A stretch of DNA of 64,000 bases. Source: Candidatus Adlerbacteria bacterium (GTDB lineage Bacteria; Patescibacteriota; Minisyncoccia; Phycocordibacterales; SBAW01). This document shows positions 14,447-23,414 of this stretch, in pieces. The translations under genes and the position numbers were made by a program. The stretch is from NCBI GenBank assembly GCA_028286685.1, contig JAQBRA010000002.1, forward strand, positions 1,073 to 65,072, read 5' to 3'. The notes below the pieces were generated by a model. It had not been told where the DNA came from. It saw nothing but the letters and a program-made list of their open reading frames with translations, and did no database searches. Position 1 is the first letter of the stretch. Each line of letters starts with the position of its first letter.

Positions 14447-14983
14447 TTACTTTTTCCTTAGTATAAGCCCCCAATGGTAGGCGCCTGCGGGGATATCCTC
14501 TGCCTGACTGAATCCGGCGACCTCGAATATTTTCTTAGCCTCCACAGCGGACACTATCTGGTCGGGATGCGGCCCCAAGCCGCCGTGCGAGTCGCCCCAG
14601 TCGATAAGCATGAGGCGGCCGGCACGGCGCAGCACGCGGGCAGCTTCTGCGGCTGCAGCAGCCTTGTCCTCGGTCGAAAAGAGCCCGTTGGCCAAAATGC
14701 AAAAATCCATGGTGCCTTCGGGCAAATGCGTGCCGTTAAGCTTTTCTATCGTGCCGCGCACAACCTCTATGTTGCGCAAGCCCTCGGCCTCGGCCAGATT
14801 CTTAAGCCGCGGGAGCATGTCCTGATGGGCATCTACGGCCCACACCTGGCCCTGGGCCCCTACCGCGCGGGCAGCCGCGCGGGCAAAAAAGCCCGAGCCA
14901 GCGGCCAAGTCGGCCACGCGCGAGCCTTCGCTTATGTGGCACGCCGCCACTGCTGCCTGCGGATTAAGAAACGAACTCTCCAT
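14447..14983 (-). CDS. Class I SAM-dependent methyltransferase
   Basis: Motif I VADLAAGSGFFARAAA, then VWAVDAHQDML and a C-terminal LMLIDW. I chose the start at the internal ATG 14983, because the longer ORF to 15064 would overlap the upstream gene. Confidence 0.75.
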   Translation of the reverse strand: MESSFLNPQAAVAACHISEGSRVADLAAGSGFFARAAARAVGAQGQVWAVDAHQDMLPRLKNLAEAEGLRNIEVVRGTIEKLNGTHLPEGTMDFCILANGLFSTEDKAAAAAEAARVLRRAGRLMLIDWGDSHGGLGPHPDQIVSAVEAKKIFEVAGFSQAEDIPAGAYHWGLILRKK

Positions 14984-15032
14984 TGCGTTCAGTATATATC
15001 CAAAAAAGCGCCGCCCAGAAAGTCTGGGCGGG

Positions 15033-15383
15033 CTAGGCGGCTTGCACTGAAACGATCCGGGCAAGTTTGGGTTTCAATTCCGTTTCTTCCACCCATCTAC
15101 CGCCTAAAGTTTCAGCAACGGGAATGCTGTAAAAACGCATATGGGCTACCGGCAGGATAAAAGAGTCGCCGAGCTCATACTCAATATCCTGGTAATAAAC
15201 CCACCCCTTAAGCAGCGGGCTTATCGCAATTGCAGCGCAACTGAGAGCCTCGGCCTCCGTATCAAAGAGGCTTTTGCATGTAGCGCAAGCGTATTGGACA
15301 TGGGCCTTCCAGACCGCGCAGCACCGGAGAGCCCTGGGCTGCTCGATATAGGCTGTTTCGCACCTCTCGCATTGAAATAACAT
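15033..15383 (-). CDS. Hypothetical protein with two CxxC pairs (zinc-ribbon-like)
   Basis: 116 aa with MLFQCERCETAY...YACATCKSLF. No family recognised. Confidence 0.45.
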   Translation of the reverse strand: MLFQCERCETAYIEQPRALRCCAVWKAHVQYACATCKSLFDTEAEALSCAAIAISPLLKGWVYYQDIEYELGDSFILPVAHMRFYSIPVAETLGGRWVEETELKPKLARIVSVQAA

Positions 15384-15487
15384 CGCTACCTACCCCGCGC
15401 TAGAGCTTGTCTGCTTCAACTCTACACCCGCAAAAAAGCCCCGCTTGAGCGGGGGTGGATAAGTCAGAGGCCGCGCGGGCAGTACCG

Positions 15488-15649
15488 CTACCGGCCAACC
15501 GCCACGGCCTCGGACGGAGTGCCGGAGATGGCAGCCTGGCGTTCTGCAGAGAGCACCGATGCGCCCCACAGCGAGTATGCAACCGTGCAGACCATCGCTA
15601 GGGCGACCACTCCTGCCGTGCCCATTTTATTAGAAACTTTCTCGCTCAT
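15488..15649 (-). CDS. Candidate 53-aa membrane micro-protein
   Basis: Below the ORF-track cutoff. The product is MSEKVSNKMGTAGVVALAMVCTVAYSLWGASVLSAERQAAISGTPSEAVAVGR with one TM helix. This reading is preferred over the Arg/Cys-rich track ORF 15400..15582. Confidence 0.3.
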   Translation of the reverse strand: MSEKVSNKMGTAGVVALAMVCTVAYSLWGASVLSAERQAAISGTPSEAVAVGR

Positions 15650-15743
15650 ATATACATAAACGCACAACCTGCCTGTTTCTTACATGAATTACCCGCCGCA
15701 CGTATGTGCGGCGGGTAATAAAACAGCTTCTTGTCTTTAAAAA

Positions 15744-15857
15744 TTACAGAAGGAACGGCGCACAATACAAAGAAACGCCCACCAATCCCGCAGCCCACAA
15801 CCCCGCCTTGCGACACGCTTCTTTGTTTCTGAAAAACGACACGACCCGCTTCGCCAT
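15744..15857 (-). CDS. Candidate 37-aa membrane micro-protein
   Basis: SD GGGAGG lies 5 nt upstream of the ATG. The product is MAKRVVSFFRNKEACRKAGLWAAGLVGVSLYCAPFLL. A 13-bp hairpin (15689..15718) follows. Confidence 0.35.
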   Translation of the reverse strand: MAKRVVSFFRNKEACRKAGLWAAGLVGVSLYCAPFLL

Positions 15858-15917
15858 GACGACCTCCCAAGATCCAGCCTCTGCCACAAAGGTACTCCAC
15901 CCCGCAGCGCGGTCAAC

Positions 15918-16178
15918 TTACTTATCCCCTTCGACTTTAGAAAATCGCTGCATCTGACTGTCCTCCCACTGCAGGGATTCGCTCCACTCGGCAAGCGGGC
16001 GGGTAAACAGCGGCGCGGCCGCATTGTCATACATCGGCTCGTACACCACCGCCCATTGATCAGTCGAGTCGAGCGCAACGCCGATAATTTTATATAAATC
16101 GCCCTTGTAGTGCTTATATACCTCCCCTGCCTCAGGGGCGTCTGCAGGCAACATTGGTACCGGATCTCCTTTTGACAT
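15918..16178 (-). CDS. DUF1653 domain protein
   Basis: GEVYKHYKGDLYKIIGVALDSTDQWAVVYEPMY...LFTRPLAEW matches the DUF1653 pattern as I recall it. The start is set at the internal ATG 16178. Confidence 0.6.
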   Translation of the reverse strand: MSKGDPVPMLPADAPEAGEVYKHYKGDLYKIIGVALDSTDQWAVVYEPMYDNAAAPLFTRPLAEWSESLQWEDSQMQRFSKVEGDK

Positions 16179-16190
16179 ATCCCTAGTATA

Positions 16191-16228
16191 CAAACAAAAC
16201 GCCCGCGGCACCCAATGGGGCCGCGGGC
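16191..16228 (-). terminator. Rho-independent terminator (GCCCGCGGC...GCCGCGGGC type, copy 1)
   Basis: Minus sense reads GCCCGCGGC-CCCATTGGGT-GCCGCGGGC followed by GTTTTGTTTG. Confidence 0.7.
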
Positions 16229-16234
16229 TCTCAA

Positions 16235-16396
16235 TCAATTCCTATAGCGATAACCGCTGTGGGGGTTCGCGCTGGCAAACTTATTCATCGCCTCTCTGTA
16301 GCTTTTGCCATCTCCGCTCTTGGGAGGAGACGGCGGGGTCCTGACCCCCTTTTTGCGAGCCTTGATCCGCTCACTCTGCCGTTTGGACTTTGCCAT
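16235..16396 (-). CDS. Candidate 53-aa basic micro-protein
   Basis: SD GGAGG lies 7 nt upstream. The product is MAKSKRQSERIKARKKGVRTPPSPPKSGDGKSYREAMNKFASANPHSGYRYRN, and the terminator follows immediately. The overlapping track ORF 16285..16494 is in another frame and less plausible. Confidence 0.4.
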   Translation of the reverse strand: MAKSKRQSERIKARKKGVRTPPSPPKSGDGKSYREAMNKFASANPHSGYRYRN

Positions 16397-16470
16397 TTCG
16401 ATACCTCCGTATCATTTCCGGGCTGGAACTGCGCCGCTGCCGACACCTTACTATGCCACCCTGTCAAAAT

Positions 16471-16510
16471 CAACAAAATAAAAGCCCGCGGCACCCATAG
16501 GGCCGCGGGC
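16471..16510 (-). terminator. Rho-independent terminator (GCCCGCGGC...GCCGCGGGC type, copy 2)
   Basis: Minus sense reads GCCCGCGGC-CCTATGGGT-GCCGCGGGC followed by TTTTATTTTGTTG. Confidence 0.75.
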
Positions 16511-16522
16511 TATTCTTTTCGC

Positions 16523-16843
16523 TTATTTTTTTGTCTTGCGCCTGAGTTTGGTCTTGAGCTTGAGCTTTTTTATCTCACTCAAGACTTTGCGCGGAAGACC
16601 GGAGCTATTGCCTTTCTTGCGGCGCTTATTGTCTTCGGACAGGATTTTTTGGACCCGACGGATCTTCTTTGCATCCTGCGCTTCGATCTTTTCTCGAGCC
16701 ACTATCTCTTCCCGGCGCCGGGTATCGGCCTCGAAGAAAGTCTCCTGATTGGGGCCATAGACCACCTGGGACATCGAAGTTATTCCTGCCGTACCCAGGC
16801 CCCTAAACTTCGCATTAACGTTGCTGTACAGGCGTACTGCCAT
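16523..16843 (-). CDS. Hypothetical highly basic protein
   Basis: MAVRLYSNVNAKFRGLG... with a Lys/Arg-rich C-terminus. GGAG lies just upstream of the ATG at 16843; the track ORF uses a TTG at 16852. Confidence 0.5.
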   Translation of the reverse strand: MAVRLYSNVNAKFRGLGTAGITSMSQVVYGPNQETFFEADTRRREEIVAREKIEAQDAKKIRRVQKILSEDNKRRKKGNSSGLPRKVLSEIKKLKLKTKLRRKTKK

Positions 16844-16926
16844 CTTCTCCAATCCTCTAGAGCTGCTTGTCTGCTCCTATTTTACCAAATTTGACGTTTT
16901 AGTAAATAAATACTCTTATTCTGCCG

Positions 16927-17436
16927 CTAGTTTATCTTGTCGCCGTAATCGAGGTCGTGCTGGGCGTAGCGATGGCGCAGCATGGCCTCGTCGCCGTACT
17001 TGGCAAACGACTGCTCGAAGGGCGACGGCATAAAGCCGCGTTCCTCCAGGTGCGCGATGGCGCAGAAGTAGTTTTGCGTGCGCCCGGCCACGACCGAGGC
17101 GTAGTGCAGCCAGCCGTTTACGTAGCCGCAGTACATGCAGCCGATCTTCTCGTACCAGGTCAGATACGGCAGCCTGGCGCGATCGACAATGCGTATATAG
17201 TGGCTGCGCTTAACCTTGCGGATGCCAAACAGCGGGAAAGCAATTTGATGATAGAGCTCCAAGAAAATGTCTGAGATGACGACCGGCACGAGCATGAGCC
17301 AAACCAGGGGCGCGCCCACCAGGTAGCGCAAAAACTGCGGATATTTGGACTTTGTGTGGGTAATTATCGGTTTAGTCATACTTAAGTTATCCCCAGCGTT
17401 ATCCCCTTTTATGCCATTTTGGGGTGAATTGGTCAA
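16927..17436 (-). CDS. Hypothetical membrane protein (CMYCGYxNG motif)
   Basis: 169 aa with a TM helix LVGAPLVWLMLVPVVISDIFLELY and a conserved-looking YEKIGCMYCGYVNGWLHY. Family not recognised. Confidence 0.55.
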   Translation of the reverse strand: MTNSPQNGIKGDNAGDNLSMTKPIITHTKSKYPQFLRYLVGAPLVWLMLVPVVISDIFLELYHQIAFPLFGIRKVKRSHYIRIVDRARLPYLTWYEKIGCMYCGYVNGWLHYASVVAGRTQNYFCAIAHLEERGFMPSPFEQSFAKYGDEAMLRHRYAQHDLDYGDKIN

Positions 17437-17695
17437 AATGCTATACTGGTGGAAGTAGGTAGGTCAGGAAGCATAGAGGCTTCTACTGATCCTAAAGCGA
17501 CATTGGTTGATCCATTTGATCGCATATTGTGTGGGGCGACCCACTTACCGGGCATGGGCTTACGCCGAGCGATTTCGGATCGAGGGCTGAGGAGTTGCTG
17601 GAGAGTACGCAACATTCTCCACTCAGGCACCAACATTCACTTACCGTTCGGACCCGCCTCCCAAACTCCAGCTTCGGCTCGGAGTTTTTGTATTT

Positions 17696-20167
17696 TTACA
17701 AGCAAACGAAGGAGGCAATTGCGTCGCCTTCGCGGAGTTTCATCACGCGGACGCCTTGGGTGCTGCGGGAGAGGGACGGGATTTCTTTAAGCGCGGTGCG
17801 AATGACCTGACCCTTCTTGGAGACGACAACGATCTCGTCCTCGCCTACGCCTTCTTCTTTTGAAATTACTTTAGACGCAATCAGCGAGCCGGTCTTGGGG
17901 GTCGTATTCATGGTCTTGATGCCCGAGCCGCCGCGGTTCTGGTTCTTGTACTCGTCCACCGAGGTGGTCTTGCCGTAGCCGTTCTTGGACAACACCAGAA
18001 CCTCGAGGTTCTTCATCCCCTTCTTGATAACGTCGGCACCCACGATAATGTCGCCGGCCCCCAGCTTCATACCGCGCACGCCGCCGGCACCGCGGCCCAT
18101 GGCGCGGATGTCGCCCTCCTTAAAGCGGATCGATTGGCCCTTGGCGGTCGAGAGGAAGATCTCGTCGCCCTTCTCTACCAGGAGCGCGGCAATAAGCTCG
18201 TCGCCCTTCTGGAGCTTGATAGCAATAAGGCCCGAGCGGCGCACGTCATGGAAGGCGGTGGCGTCTACCTTCTTGGCAACGCCTTCTTTGGTGATCATGT
18301 ACAAAAACTTCTCGCCCTCCTTCTGGTTCTTGCGCATCGGCAGCACGCTCGATACTTTTTCTGAGTCGGTAAGCTGCAGGAAGTTGACCAGGGCCTTGCC
18401 CTTGGTCGAGCGCTTGCCTTCAGGAATTTCGTAGAACTTGAGCTGGAAGGCGCGGCCTGCGTCGGTAAAGAACAAAAGGTCGCTATGGGTCGAGGTGGTC
18501 AGGAAGGTAGTAACGAAGTCCTCCTCTTTAGTATCAAGGTCGATAACGCCAACGCCGCCGCGCTTCTGCTGCTTGTATTCGTCGGGGTTGGTGCGCTTAA
18601 CGTAGCCGCCTGCAGTCAATACCAAAACCTGCTCCTCGTCGGGCACGAGATCCTCGACATTGATAACGCCGGCGGCGCCTTTCATCACCTTGGTGTTGCG
18701 GTCGTCGCTAAAGCGGCGGGTAAGCTCCTCGATCTCATGCTTAATAAGCGCGAGCATCTTCTTGTCGCTGCCCAAGAGCGCGGTCAGCTCGGCAATAAGC
18801 GCCTGGACCTCTGCAAGCTCGTCCATGACCTTCTGGCGCTCGAGGTTAGCAAGGCGCGAAAGACGCATCTCCAAAATGGCAGTGGCCTGCAAGTCGCTGA
18901 ACTTGTACTTCTTAACGATGTTGGCATGCGCCTCCGGCACATCTTTGGAGGCGCGGATGGTCTTGATGAGCTCATCAATTATGTCGAGCGCCTTGGCGAG
19001 GCCGAGCAAGATGTGCTCGCGGTCCTGCGCCTTGGTGAGATCAAACAGCGTGCGGCGGCGCACGACCTCGCGGCGGTGCTTAATAAACTCCTCGAGGATG
19101 CCTTTGAGTGAAATGGTCTGCGGCACGCCGTCGACAAGCACAACCATGTTGAAATGGAACGTGTCCTCAAGCGCGGTGTGCTTGTAGAGGAAGTTGAGGA
19201 CCTTCTGCGGATGCGCGCCCTGTTTGAGGTCGATAACGACGCGGATGTCCTTGGACGATTCGTCGCGCAGGCCGCGCACGCCCTCAAGCTTCTTGTCGCG
19301 GACCAGGTCGGCGATGCGCATGATGAGGTCGGCCTTGTTGACGCGGTACGGAATGGAGGTAATGACGATCTGGAAGTCGCCCTTCTTGCCTTCTACAATT
19401 TCTGCCACGCCGCGCACGACTACGCCGCCCTTGCCGGTGCTGTAGGCATGCAAAAGCGCTTTCTTATCAAATGCCACGGCGCCCGTCGGGAAGTCCGGGC
19501 CGGTAATAAACTCCATGAGGTCCTCGACGGTTGCGTCCGGGTTTTCTATCAAATGCGTCAAAGCGCCGGAGACCTCGCCCAAGTTGTGCGGCGGAATAGA
19601 GGTTGCCATACCGACGGCGATACCGAGCGTGCCGTTAAGCAGAATGTTGGGCATGCCGGCAGGCAGCACCGTCGGCTCCTTGATAGTGCCATCGTAGTTG
19701 GGGCGCCACTCCACAGTGTCTTTATCAAGGTCGTTTAAGAGCGCCTCGGCTACGCGCGACATTTTCGCCTCGGTGTAGCGGTAGGCGGCGGCCGAGTCGC
19801 CGTCGATGGAGCCGAAGTTACCCTGGCCCAAAATGAGCGGGTAGCGCATAGAGAAGTCTTGCGTCATCTTGACCATCGCGTCGTACACCGACTGGTCGCC
19901 GTGCGGGTGGTATTTACCCAGTACGTCTCCCACGATAGTTGCCGACTTGCGGAAGCGCGCGCCCGGGGTAAGCCCCTGGCGATGCATGGTGTAGAGAATG
20001 CGGCGGTGCACCGGCTTGAGACCGTCGCGCACATCGGGCAGGGCGCGGTCGGTAATGACCGACATGGCGTAGTCGATAAAGCTCTCGCGCATTTCAGCGG
20101 AGATGCTGCGGCCGACGATGCCCGTGCCGCCCTGTTCTTTTGTCTTGTTTTCTTCCTTGTCTGCCAT
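17696..20167 (-). CDS. gyrA: DNA gyrase subunit A
   Basis: 823 aa with [19 protein letters not shown], the active-site region AAAYRYTEA, and C-terminal beta-pinwheel repeats. Confidence 0.97.
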   Translation of the reverse strand: MADKEENKTKEQGGTGIVGRSISAEMRESFIDYAMSVITDRALPDVRDGLKPVHRRILYTMHRQGLTPGARFRKSATIVGDVLGKYHPHGDQSVYDAMVKMTQDFSMRYPLILGQGNFGSIDGDSAAAYRYTEAKMSRVAEALLNDLDKDTVEWRPNYDGTIKEPTVLPAGMPNILLNGTLGIAVGMATSIPPHNLGEVSGALTHLIENPDATVEDLMEFITGPDFPTGAVAFDKKALLHAYSTGKGGVVVRGVAEIVEGKKGDFQIVITSIPYRVNKADLIMRIADLVRDKKLEGVRGLRDESSKDIRVVIDLKQGAHPQKVLNFLYKHTALEDTFHFNMVVLVDGVPQTISLKGILEEFIKHRREVVRRRTLFDLTKAQDREHILLGLAKALDIIDELIKTIRASKDVPEAHANIVKKYKFSDLQATAILEMRLSRLANLERQKVMDELAEVQALIAELTALLGSDKKMLALIKHEIEELTRRFSDDRNTKVMKGAAGVINVEDLVPDEEQVLVLTAGGYVKRTNPDEYKQQKRGGVGVIDLDTKEEDFVTTFLTTSTHSDLLFFTDAGRAFQLKFYEIPEGKRSTKGKALVNFLQLTDSEKVSSVLPMRKNQKEGEKFLYMITKEGVAKKVDATAFHDVRRSGLIAIKLQKGDELIAALLVEKGDEIFLSTAKGQSIRFKEGDIRAMGRGAGGVRGMKLGAGDIIVGADVIKKGMKNLEVLVLSKNGYGKTTSVDEYKNQNRGGSGIKTMNTTPKTGSLIASKVISKEEGVGEDEIVVVSKKGQVIRTALKEIPSLSRSTQGVRVMKLREGDAIASFVCL

Positions 20168-20168
20168 A

Positions 20169-20420
20169 CTAGAATCCTGAAGTCGGGGCCGGTATTAACT
20201 GGTTGGGCCCATTGTAGCCGCTTTGCGCCGCCGCCGCAGTAAGCGACGTCTGGTTAGTATCGTCTTGCGCCAGCTGCGTCTCGTCGGAGGAAAGGCGGAA
20301 GCCCAGCGTCGTAATCCAGATAGCAAAGACCCCCGCCGTAACGACGCCCGCGATCTGCATCGCATGCTGGCGGCGCTCGTGGGGCTCTTTGGTCTTTATG
20401 TGATCGAGATACTTCTTCAT
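20169..20420 (-). CDS. Small single-pass membrane protein
   Basis: [41 protein letters not shown]... The start is set at 20420 to avoid overlapping the upstream gene. Confidence 0.45.
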   Translation of the reverse strand: MKKYLDHIKTKEPHERRQHAMQIAGVVTAGVFAIWITTLGFRLSSDETQLAQDDTNQTSLTAAAAQSGYNGPNQLIPAPTSGF

Positions 20421-20427
20421 ATCTATA

Positions 20428-21048
20428 TTATGCGCCCAAAACGACGACTTCGGCCTCTTTGCCCTCAAGGTCCTTGCGCTTGACGGTCAGTTTTTCCTCG
20501 GCCTTTGTGCCCTCGGCACCCGCCTCCTTAAGGAATGATTTGAGCGCGGCCGCATCGTAGTGCATGGGCACGATTACCTTGGGGCCGAGCTGCACGGCCA
20601 GCTTATAGGCCGCCGCATGATCAAGCACTTCGCCGCCGCCGACCGGTATAAACAGTATATCGACTTCATCAACTTCTTGCTTGGCAGCCGCGGGCAGCTC
20701 GGCCGAGCCCATGGCGCCCAAAAAGCACAGGTTCATGCCCTCGAGCGATATAGAGTAGATAGTATTGATAGTCGCCTGCTTGTCGTAGGTCGTAGGCGCA
20801 CCAAAGCCACGCACTGCTACGCCCTTAACCTCATACTCGCCCGCGCCGCTTATAACGAACGGCTGGCGCTCGCCGAAGGAGGCGTTTTCGGTGCCATTGA
20901 AGTCTTCATGCGGCAAAGAGACAAGGGCGATGTCAGCGCCAAACTTAGAGGTGGCAAGCTTGGAGGATTTGCCGGGCGGGTTGATAGCGATAGTCAGATC
21001 GCCAAAGGTAACCTTAAAGCACTCGCCGCCCAGGTAGCTGATAACCAT
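20428..21048 (-). CDS. Metal-dependent hydrolase, beta-lactamase-fold (UPF0173-like)
   Basis: 206 aa with MVISYLGGECFKVTFGDLTIAINPP..., DILFIPVGGGEVL and IVPMHY. Confidence 0.7.
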   Translation of the reverse strand: MVISYLGGECFKVTFGDLTIAINPPGKSSKLATSKFGADIALVSLPHEDFNGTENASFGERQPFVISGAGEYEVKGVAVRGFGAPTTYDKQATINTIYSISLEGMNLCFLGAMGSAELPAAAKQEVDEVDILFIPVGGGEVLDHAAAYKLAVQLGPKVIVPMHYDAAALKSFLKEAGAEGTKAEEKLTVKRKDLEGKEAEVVVLGA

Positions 21049-21102
21049 GCCTCCATTTTAACATATTTATGAACGCTTTTCCATAAATCGGCTTCTATCT
21101 AC

Positions 21103-21131
21103 TTGACATCTTCATATCGGAAGTTTATATT
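21103..21131 (+). promoter_or_regulatory. Sigma70-like promoter
   Basis: TTGACA (21103..21108), 17-nt spacer, TATATT (21126..21131). Confidence 0.55.
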
Positions 21132-21233
21132 GCCTATACATGTTCGCCTGACGCGGACGCCCTCAAAAGGCGCCCTTTTTGTTCCCCAGGGGGCAGAGTC
21201 AGGATGAGGACGTGCAGCACACAGGAGACGACA

Positions 21234-21401
21234 ATGGGTCAAAACAACAAGCCGGGTCAGGGTCAGAAGGATCAGGACCAGCAGGGCGGCCAAAGCGGCC
21301 AGAAGCCCGGCCAGCAGAGCCAGCAGCCCGGCCAAGGCGGCCAGCAGCAGGGCGGCGCCCACAAGCCCGGCACCCAGCCCGGCAAGGGCTCGCAGCGCTA
21401 A
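21234..21401 (+). CDS. Gln/Gly-rich low-complexity micro-protein (55 aa)
   Basis: AGGAGA lies 5 nt upstream of the ATG. The product is MGQNNKPGQGQKDQDQQGGQSGQKPGQQSQQPGQGGQQQGGAHKPGTQPGKGSQR. The antisense ORFs 21099..21476 and 21199..21597 are mirror images of the repeat. Confidence 0.45.
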   Translation: MGQNNKPGQGQKDQDQQGGQSGQKPGQQSQQPGQGGQQQGGAHKPGTQPGKGSQR

Positions 21402-21670
21402 CGCGCGATCGGCCCACATCCTCGGCGGCGCCGGCGCGCCGTCGAGGACAACCCGGAGGAGTTCCATGAGCATCAAACCAATGCATGGCTTGGGAATTCC
21501 TCAAGCCTTGCAGCAACACGGTGCGGGACCTAAATCCCCGCCTGAACCAAGCGTACTTGGAGTAGTCGGATTCGGGCAACCGATTCCGCCGCTTCAAGGC
21601 GTCACGCCGTCTCTAAAGATCCAAGTCTCTGGGAGGAGAACGCAGAAGCGCCTTTAAGGCGCTCGCAGAA

Positions 21671-21718
21671 GCCCGGTTCGCGCAGCACCATTCAGGTGTT
21701 GAGCGAACCGGCTTTTTT
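21671..21718 (+). terminator. Strong rho-independent terminator
   Basis: GCCCGGTTCGC...GCGAACCGGC with inner pairing CAGCACC/GGTGTTG, followed by TTTTTT. Confidence 0.8.
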
Positions 21719-21849
21719 ATTGCCCTAATTTGCAAAAAGGCCCCTTTCGGGCTATAGTCTGAGCCAATAGAGGGAGTCTCTATTATTAGAAACAGCGCGT
21801 AGGAGTAAAGCCAGATCTTGGCCCCCTACCGTACAAATCAATAAATATT

Positions 21850-22944
21850 ATGGAATCTAACCTTACCGAGGAGAACTTGCCCGCATCCGTGATGGCCATG
21901 TTTGCCGAGCAGGCACACATGCCGCCCAAGGCTGGCGATATTATCGAGGGCACCGTGCTCTCTTTGGACCGCGCCCGCCTCTACGTCGACCTGCCGCCTT
22001 TCGGCACCGGCGTTATTTACGGCCGCGAGTACATGAACGCGCGCGAGGTCATCAAGCGCACCAACGTCGGCGACAAGATCAGCGCCAAAGTCATTTCCAC
22101 CAACACCAAGGACGGCTACATCGAGCTTTCCCTTAAGGAGGCGCGCCAGGCCGCTGCCTGGGCCGAGGCCGAGGATATGGTCAAGAACAAGACCATGCTC
22201 GAGCTTACCGTTAAGGAGGCCAACAAGGGCGGACTCATCATGGAGTGGCAGGGTATTGCCGGATTCCTCCCCGCATCCCAGCTCAAGGCAGAACACTACC
22301 CGCGCGTCAGCGACGGCGACAAGGACCGCATTCTTGATGAGCTGCGCAAGCTCGTGGGCACCAAGCTCCCGGTCTCGATAATCGGCGCACAGCCGAAGGA
22401 GGGCAAGCTCATCTTCAGCGAGAAGGGCGCAGACGATAAGGAGAAGAAGGAGCTCATCGCCAACTACGCCGTGGGCGACGCCGTTAACGGCGAGGTTACC
22501 GGCATGGTGGACTTCGGCGTCTTCGTGAAGCTCGAGGAGGGCCTCGAGGGCCTGGTCCATATTTCCGAGATCGACTGGGGCCTGGTAGACGATCCGCGCC
22601 ACTTCTTCAAGGTCGGCGACAAGGTCCGCGTGAAGATCATCGATATCAAGGACGGCAAAGTGTCCCTCTCAGTGAAGGCGCTCAAGGAGAACCCTTGGGA
22701 GGCTGCCAAGGGCCGCTACAACAAGGGCGACAAGGTTGAGGGCGTGGTCATCAAGTTCAACAAGCACGGCGCACTCGCCTCTATCGAGGAAGGCATTGCC
22801 GGCCTGGTGCACGTCTCCGAGTTCGGCACCGAGGAGAAGCTCCGCGGTAGCTTGGAGCTCGGCAAGCGCTACCCCTTCACCATTTCCCTCTTCGAGCCGA
22901 AGGATATGCGCATGGCATTGAATTTCGCAGGGGATAAGAAGTAA
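21850..22944 (+). CDS. rpsA: 30S ribosomal protein S1 (four S1 domains)
   Basis: 364 aa with repeated S1 motifs (GDIIEGTVLSLD, GFLPASQL, VNGEVTGMVDFGVFVKL..GLVHISE, VEGVVIKFNKHGALASI..GLVHVSE). Confidence 0.9.
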   Translation: MESNLTEENLPASVMAMFAEQAHMPPKAGDIIEGTVLSLDRARLYVDLPPFGTGVIYGREYMNAREVIKRTNVGDKISAKVISTNTKDGYIELSLKEARQAAAWAEAEDMVKNKTMLELTVKEANKGGLIMEWQGIAGFLPASQLKAEHYPRVSDGDKDRILDELRKLVGTKLPVSIIGAQPKEGKLIFSEKGADDKEKKELIANYAVGDAVNGEVTGMVDFGVFVKLEEGLEGLVHISEIDWGLVDDPRHFFKVGDKVRVKIIDIKDGKVSLSVKALKENPWEAAKGRYNKGDKVEGVVIKFNKHGALASIEEGIAGLVHVSEFGTEEKLRGSLELGKRYPFTISLFEPKDMRMALNFAGDKK

Positions 22945-22970
22945 ATCCTGCCGATATCCGCGCAAACAAG

Positions 22971-23001
22971 AAACCGCCTCTCAATTAAGAGAGGCGGTTT
23001 T
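22971..23001. terminator. Bidirectional terminator between rpsA and the receiver gene
   Basis: AAACCGCCTCTC-AATTAA-GAGAGGCGGTTTT. Confidence 0.75.
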
Positions 23002-23353
23002 GCATCAGATTCTTAAGCAGGGCATTGAACTGCTCCCTTGAAATGAACTTGCCCAAAAATAAGTGCGCCCCGCGCTCTTTTGCCTCCTGCTGCACGGCAG
23101 GTATGCCATGTCGCGATATGACAACGATTGCGGGTGTGCCGCAGCGCTTGCGGATAGTGTCGATGAGCACGAAGCCCTCCTCTGCCTGGCTGCTTAGGCC
23201 CAAGAGCAGCACCAAGTCGAACTCCTCGGCTACCTCGACAAGACCCGAAGCACTAACAGTCGAGACAGAGATACATCCGGTCGTAACCAGCTTGCTTTCC
23301 CAGTCCACAGCCTCGATAGAGGTTGCCGTGTGGTTTACGACGAGCGCTCGCAT
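22985..23353 (-). CDS. Orphan CheY-like receiver domain protein lacking the canonical acidic pocket (pseudo-receiver)
   Basis: 122 aa with an REC-like pattern (MRALVVNH..., FDLVLLLGLSS, PAIVVISRHG, FLGKFIS). NH replaces the DD pair, and Leu sits where the phospho-acceptor Asp is expected. Confidence 0.6.
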   Translation of the reverse strand: MRALVVNHTATSIEAVDWESKLVTTGCISVSTVSASGLVEVAEEFDLVLLLGLSSQAEEGFVLIDTIRKRCGTPAIVVISRHGIPAVQQEAKERGAHLFLGKFISREQFNALLKNLMQNRLS

Positions 23354-23414
23354 GGGACGCCTCCTTTGTACTTTGCCCCACTATACGGCATGAGCACCCC
23401 TTGCGCAAAAATTA

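Noticed and set aside
15646-15900. 84-aa minus ORF and overlapping 15737..16234 (165 aa), 15706..15957(+)
   Set aside because: They cross a 13-bp terminator-like hairpin or overlap the DUF1653 frame and are Cys/Arg/Gly-rich. An SD-preceded 37-aa ORF in another frame explains the region better.
21099-21597. Minus-strand ORFs 21099..21476 and 21199..21597 (Leu/Ala-rich, could mimic a membrane protein)
   Set aside because: They are the mirror image of the CAG/GGC-rich repeat of the plus-strand Q/G micro-ORF. The plus strand has the promoter, SD and terminator, and the minus strand has none.
21838-22965. 254-aa minus ORF antisense to rpsA, plus 22464..22709 and 22669..22965
   Set aside because: They are antisense to a clear four-domain S1 protein.
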